A DNA stretch of 45,399 nt from Candidatus Undinarchaeota archaeon (GCA_964519305.1 CAZFHY010000022.1:1-45399); one strand, 5' to 3'. Positions 18,534 to 28,248 are shown, counted from the first letter of the stretch. A program made the numbers and translations. Notes: generated from the sequence alone by a model not told the origin.

Positions 18534-19730
18534 ATGGACCCCATTCGCGTAGGTGACCTGGTGCTCGGTGATGAGGAACGTGAGGCGATCGGTAAGATCA
18601 TCGAGTCAGGACGGATATCGGAAGGCCCTTTCGTTCGCAAGTTCGAGCGCGAGTGGGCCCGATTTGTAGGCTCCCGTGAGTGCGTGCTCCTCAACTCGGG
18701 CACGTCCGCCCTCATCGCCGGGATAGCTGCGCTCAAGGCCGGAGAATATATCAACGGTACGAAGGTCGTGACCACCCCGCTCACATATGTGGCGACCTCC
18801 AACGCTGTCGTACTCAACGGTCTGGAGCCTGTGTACGTCGATGTGGACCCTGACACGTTCGTCATAACACCCGAGACCGTGAGCGCCCTGCTCGAGGAAG
18901 AGGACGATCCATCCTCCTTCGCTCTCCTGCTCCCGGTCCATCTCATGGGATACCCGTGCGATATGGACGGTCTGAACGCTGTCGCCAAGAAATTCGGTCT
19001 GGTCACCTTCGAGGACTCTGCTCAGGCGCACGGATCACGATACAAGGGCAAGATGACAGGTTCCCTTTCGCTCCTATCGGACTTCTCGTTCTACATCGCT
19101 CATAACATCCAGGCGGGCGAGCTCGGTGCCTTGGTGACCGACGATCCCAACATCGCAAGTCTTGTACGAAAGATAAAGGCGAACGGACGGGTGTGTGATT
19201 GCACCGTATGTGTTCGGTCAACGGGAGAATGCCCGCATCTCCGGTCTGAGGACGATCCTGATCCGCGGTTCACGCACGACCTTATCGGCTACAACTTCAA
19301 GACCATGGAGTTCCAGGCCGCCATCGCGCTCTGTCAGCTCCAGAAGGCCGATTGGATACTTGAGCAACGCCAGGAGAACGTAAAGCGTCTTAACGAAGCC
19401 CTGGCACCACTGGCCGACGTACTGGCGACACCCACGTTCTCTACGGACGTGAGCTACCTTGCCTACACTCTCGTGATAAAGGACCCGAAGAGGTTCCCAC
19501 GCGCCCGTGTTTGCCGTGAACTGGAGCGTGAGGGCATCGAGACACGTCCTCTGTTCGGGTGTATACCGACACAACAACCGGCCTATTCCTCCTATCGGGA
19601 TCGATACAAGGATAGGCTCCCCGTAGCTGAACGTCTCGGTACTGATGCCTTCTATGTTGGCTGTCATCAGTACCTCTCCGAAGAGCAACTGGACCACATG
19701 GCGTCCACCATGCGAAAGGTGTTCCGTTGA
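18534..19730 (+). CDS. DegT/DnrJ/EryC1/StrS-fold enzyme, probably E1/RfbH-type NDP-sugar 3-dehydrase rather than an aminotransferase
   Basis: Motifs NSGTSAL, PVHLMG and EDSAQAHG. FSFYIAHN has His190 at the usual PLP-Lys position, followed by GRVCDCTVCxxxxxxC and IGYNFK. Confidence 0.88.
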   Translation: MDPIRVGDLVLGDEEREAIGKIIESGRISEGPFVRKFEREWARFVGSRECVLLNSGTSALIAGIAALKAGEYINGTKVVTTPLTYVATSNAVVLNGLEPVYVDVDPDTFVITPETVSALLEEEDDPSSFALLLPVHLMGYPCDMDGLNAVAKKFGLVTFEDSAQAHGSRYKGKMTGSLSLLSDFSFYIAHNIQAGELGALVTDDPNIASLVRKIKANGRVCDCTVCVRSTGECPHLRSEDDPDPRFTHDLIGYNFKTMEFQAAIALCQLQKADWILEQRQENVKRLNEALAPLADVLATPTFSTDVSYLAYTLVIKDPKRFPRARVCRELEREGIETRPLFGCIPTQQPAYSSYRDRYKDRLPVAERLGTDAFYVGCHQYLSEEQLDHMASTMRKVFR

Positions 19731-20623
19731 GCGGACAGCGTGTGCTCGTCACAGGGGCCGACGGGCTCGTCGGCACCCATCTGTGCCCCGTGCTCGAGGA
19801 GAACGGTCACGAAGTGGTCCGCTGGGTCTATGTAAAGGACCTTCCCGGTCACCCCAGAGTGGACGTCCGAGACCGGGAAGCCGTCATTGACGCACTACTT
19901 GACATCGATGCTGTGGTCCACCTAGCTGCCATCACAGCAGAGTCAGAGATGACTCGGGATCCCTCGATCGGCCTCGACGTGAATATCGGAGGGACCGCTA
20001 ACGTCCTGGAGGCCATGCGCCGCCGTGATGTTCCCCGGATGGTGTACCTTTCCTCTCAGGTCGTTTACGGTGACCGGTATGGTATCGATGAGGATGACCT
20101 TTCGAGCATCGAACCCCTCTCCCCCTATGCAGAGAGCAAGTACCTAGCCGAGGAACTGGTCCGTAGCTACTGCAGTGACTATGGGCTCGATATCACCGTG
20201 CTCCGCTCATCACATATCTATGGACCAGGGCAACGGCCGGGGGCGCTCGTACCTCTCTTCCTCCGCAGGGTCCTCGAGGGTCCAGAAGTAAGGTACGGTA
20301 ACGACGTGACAAGGGACCTAATCTACGTCGTTGATGTCGCACGTGCGATACTTGCGGTACTCCCCGAAGCTCCGTCCAGGCTGTACAACGTAGGGACGGG
20401 CATAGAGACACACATCAGTGAGCTAATCTCCGCGCTGGCGAAGGTGAGCGACAGGCAGGTCTCTCAGGTCCATGATAAGTCATTGATCCGTGATAATGCG
20501 CTGGAGCGTTGGCGCGAGCTAGCCAAGATCGACCGTATCACCGCCGAGGTCGGCTGGAGATCCCAGACATCGCTCGAGGACGGCCTCAGACTGCTGCTCA
20601 AGAACGTCGATGATGACGCCTGA
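19727..20623 (+). CDS. NAD-dependent epimerase/dehydratase/reductase (extended SDR)
   Basis: Motifs TGADGLVG, VVHLAA, YAESK and YGPGQ. TTG start overlaps the upstream stop. Confidence 0.92.
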   Translation: MSGQRVLVTGADGLVGTHLCPVLEENGHEVVRWVYVKDLPGHPRVDVRDREAVIDALLDIDAVVHLAAITAESEMTRDPSIGLDVNIGGTANVLEAMRRRDVPRMVYLSSQVVYGDRYGIDEDDLSSIEPLSPYAESKYLAEELVRSYCSDYGLDITVLRSSHIYGPGQRPGALVPLFLRRVLEGPEVRYGNDVTRDLIYVVDVARAILAVLPEAPSRLYNVGTGIETHISELISALAKVSDRQVSQVHDKSLIRDNALERWRELAKIDRITAEVGWRSQTSLEDGLRLLLKNVDDDA

Positions 20624-20666
20624 CAGCGAACCGCCCTCTCCCAATTGTACATCGTACATTCTTGAG

Positions 20667-21719
20667 CTAGTCAGTGCTCTCTTCCCGTGGGGTCCGCCCA
20701 TACGTGATGAAGAGGACACGTGCGGAGTCACCCTTCATGAGCATGTTGAATACGTCCCGATTGAAGAACGATGGCAGGCCACGGGCTTTAGGTACAGGTC
20801 TCCCCAGACGCTTGAGCGCTTCGGCCATCTCCTTTGTCTTGTCCTCCATATCGGGGAACCGGGAATAGTAGTAGTAAGCATGGTTGAAAGCATCCGCTGC
20901 CCGCTTGTTGTTCTCGAGGGACTCCCATTCATCTGCTTCGTTGGCATATCTGGTCCCCAGCTCCACGATGATGTTCGCCCTCGTCATGGAATCGGCAGAC
21001 GGCCACTTCCTCTCGATGATCGTCTCCACGAGTTCCGTGGTCCTGTCCGGGCGCTCTACCTTGTCCCAGATCTCCTTTGCCGTCAACTCGGCAGAGGTAA
21101 CATCGTCGAGCGAGCTCTTGAGCAGTTGGGTCTCTATGATATCAGCGGACCTGGGGAGAAGCTCTTTGATTCTCTGGAAATCGCCCGCACGTTCCCACAT
21201 CCGGATAGCGAACTCCCAGGCGCCCTTCTTCTCAAAGGCAACAGCCGAACGCTCGAACTCGTCAGCAAGGCTCCAGACGATACCAGCCCTGAACCAATCG
21301 CCTGTACTTTCATAGAGCTCGGCAGTTGTCTTACAGAGCCGCTTTTGCTCTTTCCGTGCAGCGGCCGCTTCAGACGTCATATCTACGTTGGTGTAGGCCT
21401 CCACGGTCTCACGCCATGCCTCGACGGCCGCATCGAACCTCTCTAGAGTCTCCAGAGCCCGGGCTTTCTTCTCATAGATGATGGCCAGACCCTCAGGCTC
21501 ACGGATCTTTGCCAGCACTTCGGAGGCATTGATCCATTCTTCGATGGCCTTCTCGTACTCTCCATCGGCTTCGAATTTATCACCGGCGTTCTCGTACGCT
21601 TTCGCAGCACGCTGCCAGTCACCGTGCTCCCTCCAGGCCTTTGCAGCCTCTTCCCATGCCTCCATCGCCTCTCGTTCTTTGGCGATCCGGTTCCAGCTCT
21701 TGAGAAAATCGAAAACCAT
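20667..21719 (-). CDS. Alpha-helical repeat protein (TPR/alpha-SNAP-like)
   Basis: 350 aa with repeated A-x-x-[YWF]-E-x-A(G) helical units (AAKAYENAGD, AIRMWERAGD). A TATA-like TTTTTATT lies upstream. Confidence 0.75.
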   Translation of the reverse strand: MVFDFLKSWNRIAKEREAMEAWEEAAKAWREHGDWQRAAKAYENAGDKFEADGEYEKAIEEWINASEVLAKIREPEGLAIIYEKKARALETLERFDAAVEAWRETVEAYTNVDMTSEAAAARKEQKRLCKTTAELYESTGDWFRAGIVWSLADEFERSAVAFEKKGAWEFAIRMWERAGDFQRIKELLPRSADIIETQLLKSSLDDVTSAELTAKEIWDKVERPDRTTELVETIIERKWPSADSMTRANIIVELGTRYANEADEWESLENNKRAADAFNHAYYYYSRFPDMEDKTKEMAEALKRLGRPVPKARGLPSFFNRDVFNMLMKGDSARVLFITYGRTPREESTD

Positions 21720-21782
21720 GATAGGATACCATCACGGTACATGAGACGATGTAATAAAAAGTTGAGTCACGCGGGGATCGGT

Positions 21783-23333
21783 CTATTCACCGACCACATG
21801 CTCGGCATGCTTCATTATATGGTCGAAGTCCTCTTTGTTAGGTCGGTACTTAGCGAACGATACAAGGGAGCATATGTCAAGACATTCCGCTATGTAGACA
21901 TGATCACGACCGCGTTCCTTCAGCTCCTTAACGACGTCGTCGCGAGTGCATTCGCGGTCGATGCTAAGTTCATGGCTGAAGAAGTACCGTACGGCCTCGC
22001 TCACGAGCATGTACGCCTCCTTCCCCTTCCCGTCCTCGTACAATCCCCTGGCCTCTACCAGCATTTCTCGTGTCCGGGCCCGCCAGTCCACGGGCGGTTC
22101 TGAGAAATCAACAGCCATTCGTTCAACTTTCGTATCGGACCTTCGCTGCTTCTTCCATAACCATCCGGCTATCAGAAGTACAAGGATGAGAAGTACGGTC
22201 AGTAAGAAACGCCTTGAGCGCTCGGCCTCATCATCTTCATCAGGCTCCATGCGCACGTCCTCGACCGTCTCGTTGAGATCTACAGTGCCAGTGATCGACT
22301 TCGTCTCGTTCGTCTGTGGATTCCGAAGGGTTCGATTGAACCGGCTCGTACCGTTGGTCGGGAAGGGTACATCCGTCCCCTCAGGCCTGAATCCCTGCTC
22401 TTTCGCCTGTTGCTCCAATCCCTTGACCTGAGGATCGGCCTCCACAGCCTGCCTCATCCGGTCCAGGTCCCCCTGATCTATTGACTGCATCTGCGTGACA
22501 TCACCGTCCTCCATCTCGCCCTCGATCCTTGCCTGTTGGTCCTCTCTTTCGTAATCGTACTGGAACTTGCCGTCGAGACCTTCCCCGTCACTTGGATCTA
22601 TATCGCTGTCCGATCGACGATAGCCTCGTCGTGATAGCTCTTTCTCGGCCTGCCTGAACTCCTCGCTCGACTCCAGGGCCTGCTGCATCGCCTGACGTCG
22701 TGCCTGCTCTTGCGCGATCTGCTGTGCGAGCTCCTGCATGTCGGACTGCATGCCCTGCTGTACCTGGTCGATGCGGTCCTGTGTGTCCTGTGGATCAGGA
22801 GGTCGCTGCTGTTGCCCCTGTTGCCCTTGTTGTCCGGAGTTCGAACTCGAGATCGATGTGGACTGGATACGCTGTCCATTGCATTGGTAGAGCGTGGATA
22901 TCTTTGACGTCTGTCCCTGTGCGGTACCTGTGACCGTGATCGTCAAGGAGTTCGAACGTGCGGTCATCTCGCCCCCGGTGTCAGGATCCCTATAGGTCAG
23001 CTCGGCCGGATCGATCTCGTGTTCCCCAGGCTCGAACGCCTGGACACCTTCGGTGCCTGTGATCTCCCCGTAGTCAAGTATAGCCGTCCCGGGTGGTGCC
23101 TGTCCTTCGAGGCACTGGATATCGATCCCGCTCTCACCGATGACGTTCCTGTCGACGATGAGCACTTGGACCGGTCCATCGTTCGGATTTGTGATCTCCA
23201 GACGCAGTTTGAGGATATCCCCCGAACCAACGGTCGTGTTCTCAACGACCTTCTTGATAGTGACCTCTTTCGCAGAGGCGAGGCCGGTGACAAGTGCCAC
23301 GATCACGAGCAGTGTGACGATCAATCTTACCAT
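21783..23333 (-). CDS. Membrane protein of the MoxR/Bat-like cluster (BatD-like N-terminus, Gln-rich linker, TM, cytoplasmic helical domain)
   Basis: Signal peptide; PGEHEIDPAELTY..ARSNSLTITV; Q-rich coiled region; one TM; C-terminal SLVSFAKYRP motif; last gene of the cluster. Confidence 0.75.
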   Translation of the reverse strand: MVRLIVTLLVIVALVTGLASAKEVTIKKVVENTTVGSGDILKLRLEITNPNDGPVQVLIVDRNVIGESGIDIQCLEGQAPPGTAILDYGEITGTEGVQAFEPGEHEIDPAELTYRDPDTGGEMTARSNSLTITVTGTAQGQTSKISTLYQCNGQRIQSTSISSSNSGQQGQQGQQQRPPDPQDTQDRIDQVQQGMQSDMQELAQQIAQEQARRQAMQQALESSEEFRQAEKELSRRGYRRSDSDIDPSDGEGLDGKFQYDYEREDQQARIEGEMEDGDVTQMQSIDQGDLDRMRQAVEADPQVKGLEQQAKEQGFRPEGTDVPFPTNGTSRFNRTLRNPQTNETKSITGTVDLNETVEDVRMEPDEDDEAERSRRFLLTVLLILVLLIAGWLWKKQRRSDTKVERMAVDFSEPPVDWRARTREMLVEARGLYEDGKGKEAYMLVSEAVRYFFSHELSIDRECTRDDVVKELKERGRDHVYIAECLDICSLVSFAKYRPNKEDFDHIMKHAEHVVGE

Positions 23334-23342
23334 CGGTACACC

Positions 23343-24305
23343 TCAAGGGATGATACGCGCACCACCGTAGCGCAACCACTGCTCGGCGAGTATCAGGAGC
23401 ACGGCAGCGCCCACGAACCATGGTGCTGTAGAGACGTCCTCATTCTCATGCTCGATGGTCTCCGAGAGCGTCTTATAGATGTGCTCTAATGTGGTAACAT
23501 CGACGGCCCGGAAATACTCACCTCCCGTGACATCGGCTATATGACGGAGCGTGTCCTCGTCCAGACGTGCGTACTGTGGCCGTCCGAACCAGTCGTAGCC
23601 GAGAACCACCGGCTTCTCGCTACCCACTCCCACGGTGTACACCTGTACGCCCTCTCGCTTGGCGAACGCTGCAGCTTCGGCAGGAGGGATGATACCTGCA
23701 TTGTTCTCCCCGTCCGAGAGGAGGATCACGACCTTTCGTCGGTTGGGGATCGATGTGATCATGTCAACTGCCAGGGATAGACCGTCCCCGATGGCCGTAC
23801 GACCTTCCCGGGACCTTATCGACTCGAGCTTCTGGATGGTCTTGTTCTTGAGCCGGGTGAGGTAAGAGCCTGCGGTCGCACCCTCGGAGAACACGATTAT
23901 GCCACAATGATCGACGGGTTTTAACGATTCTATGAGCACGCGAGCGCTCTTCTTGGCAGCTTCCAGACGATTGGGCTCATAATCTGTCGCCTGCATGCTA
24001 CCCGAAACGTCGATGACCAGAACGACGTTGACTCCCTTATGGGAAGCGGTCCACGGTACGTGGAGATCTGCCAACGACATGAAGAGACAAAGAAGGGCCA
24101 GTGCCGACATCAGGAACCCGGCGCTCCGCCTCCAAGCGAGCTCACTGCCTCCTGCGGCCTCCCGGACCACCTTGAGACGTGAGAATATGAGCGCTGCCCG
24201 GCGCTTGCGTCCTTCGGCTCGGCGGGCCAGGTACACGAGCACTGCGAGTACTACGATACCAGCAAGAAGCCATTCAGGATTGAGGAAGAACACATTTTCG
24301 ACCAT
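23343..24305 (-). CDS. VWA domain membrane protein (BatA-like)
   Basis: N-terminal FLNPEWL plus TMs, MIDAS DVSGS, TAIGDG, LLSDGENN, GGEYFRA. Confidence 0.92.
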   Translation of the reverse strand: MVENVFFLNPEWLLAGIVVLAVLVYLARRAEGRKRRAALIFSRLKVVREAAGGSELAWRRSAGFLMSALALLCLFMSLADLHVPWTASHKGVNVVLVIDVSGSMQATDYEPNRLEAAKKSARVLIESLKPVDHCGIIVFSEGATAGSYLTRLKNKTIQKLESIRSREGRTAIGDGLSLAVDMITSIPNRRKVVILLSDGENNAGIIPPAEAAAFAKREGVQVYTVGVGSEKPVVLGYDWFGRPQYARLDEDTLRHIADVTGGEYFRAVDVTTLEHIYKTLSETIEHENEDVSTAPWFVGAAVLLILAEQWLRYGGARIIP

Positions 24306-25276
24306 CAGCGTCGCCTCCTCTCGCGTCGTGCGAAGAACCTACGCAACGGCTCTTCGAACGGTTCCTCGGTAGATACCTCGACGAGCTCGCCATTCGAGCG
24401 GGCGATGACCGATGCGAGGCCTCGGCCCTCTTCGTCCGCTAGACGTGAGAATGCCTCCCTGATCTCCGGATCGCCGGTATCAACGAGCACGTGCTCACCT
24501 GTTTCTGCGTCCTCCAGCTCCACTAGCCCGGCATCTGGCAGTTCGACCTCACGAGGATCGCGTACACGTACAGCGACTAGATCGTGGCGGGACCCGAGTA
24601 TCCTGAGGGGACGCTCGATGCCTTTGGGTTCTGGGAAATCAGATATCACGAACACGATACCGCGCTTCTTCGCCACCTTTGCCAGGAACCCGAGAGCGCC
24701 CTTGACATCGGTCCCGGCACCACGGGCGCGGTGGGTCACCAGTTCTCGCACGCACTTCAACACATGTTTCCTTCCTCCCCTGGGCGGAAGGTAGGTCAGG
24801 ACCTTGTCGGTGAACAGGATTATCCCGACCCGGTCATTGTTACGCATAGCGCAGAACATCAAAGATGCAGCGATCTCTCGCGCTGCAGCACCCTTCTCTC
24901 GTCCAGAGCCGAACGCGAACGATCCCGAAACATCGATCACGAGGTGTACGTCGATGTTACGCTCCTCGATGTACTCCTTTACGTACGGGGCGTTCATGCG
25001 TGCTGTTACGTTCCAGTCGATGGTCCGGACATCGTCACCGGGCACGTACTCCCGCACCTCAGCGAACTCTATGCCACGGCCTTTGAAAGATGAGTGGAAG
25101 GCACCTTGGAGCAGTCCGGTCACCTTACCACGTACCCTCAGCTCGATCCGCTTGACGCGCTGGACTATCTCGGCTGGGGTCTGATGCTCTTCGTCCTCTA
25201 GGACATCTTCATCAGGGAACGGTCTTAGCAGTGAGAGGAACCGGTTCAGAACACCGCTTTCATCGTTACCCGTCAC
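24305..25276 (-). CDS. DUF58 family protein
   Basis: GRGIEFAEVREYVPGDDVRTIDWNVTAR, DVSGS and ISDF motifs; located between MoxR and VWA genes; AGGTGA RBS. Confidence 0.93.
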   Translation of the reverse strand: MTGNDESGVLNRFLSLLRPFPDEDVLEDEEHQTPAEIVQRVKRIELRVRGKVTGLLQGAFHSSFKGRGIEFAEVREYVPGDDVRTIDWNVTARMNAPYVKEYIEERNIDVHLVIDVSGSFAFGSGREKGAAAREIAASLMFCAMRNNDRVGIILFTDKVLTYLPPRGGRKHVLKCVRELVTHRARGAGTDVKGALGFLAKVAKKRGIVFVISDFPEPKGIERPLRILGSRHDLVAVRVRDPREVELPDAGLVELEDAETGEHVLVDTGDPEIREAFSRLADEEGRGLASVIARSNGELVEVSTEEPFEEPLRRFFARRERRRR

Positions 25277-25287
25277 CGGGCTATCAC

Positions 25288-26277
25288 CTATGGTATCTCC
25301 ACGACGTCGAGGACCTGTCCGATAATATCATCGGTTGTCACGTCCTCGGCCTCTGCTTCGTATGTAAGGATGATCCGGTGTCGCAGGACGGACATGGCGA
25401 CGGCCTGGATGTCCTCCGGTACGACATATCCTCTACCGTTCAGGAGTGCGTTCGCACGTGCACCCATCACCAGCCATATGCTCGCACGCGGGCTCGCACC
25501 GAACTCTATGAGACCCTCCATGTCAAGTCCGTATGACTTGGGGTCCCTGGTGGCGTCCACGAGCCGTGTGGCATAGTCCACGACGCTATCCTCGACGTGA
25601 AGCGTTCTCACAGCGTGTTGCATCTTCTTGACCGCATCGGCGTCGAGCACCGGCGAAGCGGACGCTTCGGTATCACGGGTGAAGCGGTCGACTATCGCCT
25701 GTTCTTCTTCGATCGTGGGGTAATCGACGAGCACCTTGAGCATGAAACGGTCCACCTGAGCCTCCGGGAGACGATAGGTCCCCTCGGTCTCCAGCGGATT
25801 CTGTGTCGCGAGCACAAGGAAGGGTCGTGGGAGAGGGAACGTCTCCCCTCCGATCGACACCTGCCGCTCCTGCATGGCCTCGAGAAGTGCGGACTGTACC
25901 TTTGGTGGTGCCCGGTTGATCTCGTCGGCCAGCACGAGGTTTGCGAACACGGGACCTTTCCGGGTAGAGAAGGTCGCTTTCCGCTGATCGTAAATGGTCG
26001 TACCGACGATGTCGGCTGGCAATAGGTCAGGAGTGAACTGTATGCGTACGAAAGATGCACGGAGAGTGTCGGCCAATGTATGCACCATGAGCGTCTTGGC
26101 CAGACCGGGGACTCCTTCGAGCAGGACATGGCCATCGGCCAACAGCGCTATAAGGAGTTTGTGAAGGACAGTCTCCTGTCCCACGATTACGTTCCCTACT
26201 TCTCTAAGGACCTTGTCGATCGACTTCGTATGTTTCTCGCTCTGCTTATTGAGCTTCTGGATAGTCTTGTCCATCAT
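25288..26277 (-). CDS. moxR: MoxR family AAA+ ATPase
   Basis: EGVPGLAKT, RIQFTPDLLPAD, LADEINRAPPKVQSALLEAMQE, ATQNP, LPEAQVDRF and GASPRA; GGAGGTG RBS. Confidence 0.96.
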   Translation of the reverse strand: MMDKTIQKLNKQSEKHTKSIDKVLREVGNVIVGQETVLHKLLIALLADGHVLLEGVPGLAKTLMVHTLADTLRASFVRIQFTPDLLPADIVGTTIYDQRKATFSTRKGPVFANLVLADEINRAPPKVQSALLEAMQERQVSIGGETFPLPRPFLVLATQNPLETEGTYRLPEAQVDRFMLKVLVDYPTIEEEQAIVDRFTRDTEASASPVLDADAVKKMQHAVRTLHVEDSVVDYATRLVDATRDPKSYGLDMEGLIEFGASPRASIWLVMGARANALLNGRGYVVPEDIQAVAMSVLRHRIILTYEAEAEDVTTDDIIGQVLDVVEIP

Positions 26278-26295
26278 TGTGAGGACACCTCCCGT

Positions 26296-26319
26296 GGCGG
26301 CCCCCTTTCGGGGACCGCC
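26296..26319 (-). other. GC-rich stem-loop with GAAA tetraloop between thermosome and moxR
   Basis: The minus strand reads GGCGGTCCCC-GAAA-GGGGGCCGCC (10 bp including one G-U), just 5' of the moxR RBS. Confidence 0.7.
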
Positions 26320-26361
26320 GTTCGCGTTCTCAGCTGGGAAGAAAAGTGGTAGGGGGATGGA

Positions 26362-28020
26362 CTAGAAGTCCATTCCTCCCATACCGCCCATACCCGGAGG
26401 CATTCCGCCAGGCATACCGCCGCCCTCGCCCTTGGAGAGCTCCTTGGCGACGACGATGTCATCGATGCGAAGCACCATCTCAGCGACCTCGGAGGCGCTC
26501 TTGATGGCCTGCGACTTGAGCAGGGTAGGCTCGATGACGCCCACCTTGTACATATCGATGACCTTACCCCGGAGGATCTCAAGGCCGTGCCACTTGCCGC
26601 CCTTCTTCTCATGGGCAGCGCGGATGGACACGAGCTTGTCGATCGGGTCGAGCCCTGCGTTCTCAGCAAGGGCGCGGGGGCACACTTCGATGGAGTCAGC
26701 GAAAGCGTTGATGGCCAGCTGTTCCTTTCCACCGACGGTGTCGGCGAAAGCACGCAGCGACTTGGCCATCTCGACCTCGATAGCTCCACCGCCGGCGACG
26801 ACCTTGCCGCCCTTGATGGTGGCGATGACGTCGTCGAGAGCGTCCTCGACAGCGCGTTCGAGCTCGTTGACCACGTGCTCGGTACCGCCACGAACGAGGA
26901 GGGTGACGGCCTTGGCACCCTTGCAGCTGCGCACGAAGGTCATCTCGTCACCAGCGATCTTGTGCTGTTCGACGATGTCGGAGTGTCCGAGGTCCTTCTT
27001 CTCGAGGTCGTCGAGGTTGGTCACCAGGCGAGCGCCGGTGGCCTTGGACAGCTTGTCCATGTCGGACTTCTTGACACGGCGTACGGCAAAGATACCCTCT
27101 TTTGCCAGGTAGTGCTGGGCGAGGTCGTCGATGCCCTTCTGGCACATAAGGACGTTCGCGCCGACCTTCTTGATCTTGTCGACCATTCCCTTGAGGATCT
27201 TCTCTTCCTGGAGGAGGAAAGCGTCCAGCTGGTTGGGGTCGTTGATGTTGATCTTGGCATCGGTCTCGGTCTTCTTGATCTCGATGGCCGAGTTGATGAG
27301 AGCTATCTTGGACTTCTTGACCTCGCGAGGCATACCGGAGTGCACGCGCTCCTTGTCGATGATGATGCCCTCGATGAGCTCTGAGTCCTCGAGTGAGCCG
27401 CCCTGCTTCTTCTCGATCTTCACGTTGTCCTTGTCGACGGTGGTCACGCGACCATCCTTCTCGACGATCTGGAGCACGGACTTGACTACGAGCTCTGCGA
27501 GCCGGTCCTTTCCGCCTTCGGCGTTCTTACCGGTCATGGCGGTCTTAGCAACGGAGAGGAGGATCTTCCTGTCCTTTGTCGTGACCTTCTCGGAGATGTT
27601 CTCAAGGACTTCCTGGGCCTTGACGGCCGCGAGGCGGTATCCCTTGACGATGATGGTGGGGTGGATGTGCTGGTCGAGAAGGGCCTCGGCGTTCTTCAGG
27701 AGCTCACCGGCCACCATAACGGCGGTAGTGGTCCCGTCGCCGATCTCCTCGCCCTGGACCTTTGCGACCTCGATCATCATCTTGGCGGTGGGGTGTTCGA
27801 TCTCCATCTCGTCAAGGATGGTCACACCGTCGTTGGTGACCACGACGTCACCAAGGGTGTCCACGAGCATCTTGTCCATGCCCTTAGGGCCGAGCGTGGT
27901 CCGAACGACCTCAGCAACTGTGCGCGCGGCAAGGATGTTCATTCGCTGGGCATCGCGTCCCTTTGTCCTCAGTGCTCCCTCGGGGAGGAGCATGACCTGC
28001 ATAGGCGGTTGTTGAGCCAT
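26362..28020 (-). CDS. ths: Thermosome subunit (group II chaperonin)
   Basis: [24 protein letters not shown] and CQKGIDD motifs; GGM-rich tail; strong codon bias; AGGTGA RBS. Confidence 0.98.
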   Translation of the reverse strand: MAQQPPMQVMLLPEGALRTKGRDAQRMNILAARTVAEVVRTTLGPKGMDKMLVDTLGDVVVTNDGVTILDEMEIEHPTAKMMIEVAKVQGEEIGDGTTTAVMVAGELLKNAEALLDQHIHPTIIVKGYRLAAVKAQEVLENISEKVTTKDRKILLSVAKTAMTGKNAEGGKDRLAELVVKSVLQIVEKDGRVTTVDKDNVKIEKKQGGSLEDSELIEGIIIDKERVHSGMPREVKKSKIALINSAIEIKKTETDAKININDPNQLDAFLLQEEKILKGMVDKIKKVGANVLMCQKGIDDLAQHYLAKEGIFAVRRVKKSDMDKLSKATGARLVTNLDDLEKKDLGHSDIVEQHKIAGDEMTFVRSCKGAKAVTLLVRGGTEHVVNELERAVEDALDDVIATIKGGKVVAGGGAIEVEMAKSLRAFADTVGGKEQLAINAFADSIEVCPRALAENAGLDPIDKLVSIRAAHEKKGGKWHGLEILRGKVIDMYKVGVIEPTLLKSQAIKSASEVAEMVLRIDDIVVAKELSKGEGGGMPGGMPPGMGGMGGMDF

Positions 28021-28068
28021 TTATTTTCACCTTTCGTCAAATGGGCTTTGTTATGACCATGATGGTCC

Positions 28069-28160
28069 AGGCTATCATGGGGAGAATCGTTTTCCTACCC
28101 CCATGAACACCTTCTAGCCTTTACGGAGCCGCTTTTATCGTAGAAATTATAAACCTTTCC
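28069..28160 (-). promoter_or_regulatory. Thermosome BRE-TATA promoter and structured 5' leader
   Basis: The minus strand has GGAAAGG-TTTATAA (28160-28147). The leader contains nested inverted repeats AGGCTA/TAGCCT and TCATGGGG/CCCCATGA (28069-28120). Confidence 0.65.
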
Positions 28161-28248
28161 GATTATGGCGGGGCAAAATCGCCCCCAGTCCACCGTTTTT
28201 CCACAATCACTTTGGTTGTGAGTCAAATATGACGCCGGTCAGGACGCA

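Noticed and set aside
26274-28056. Long overlapping ORFs on thermosome (similarly on acs and the PT-rich genes)
   Set aside because: Expected from strong GC3 codon bias; the translations are low-complexity and motif-free.
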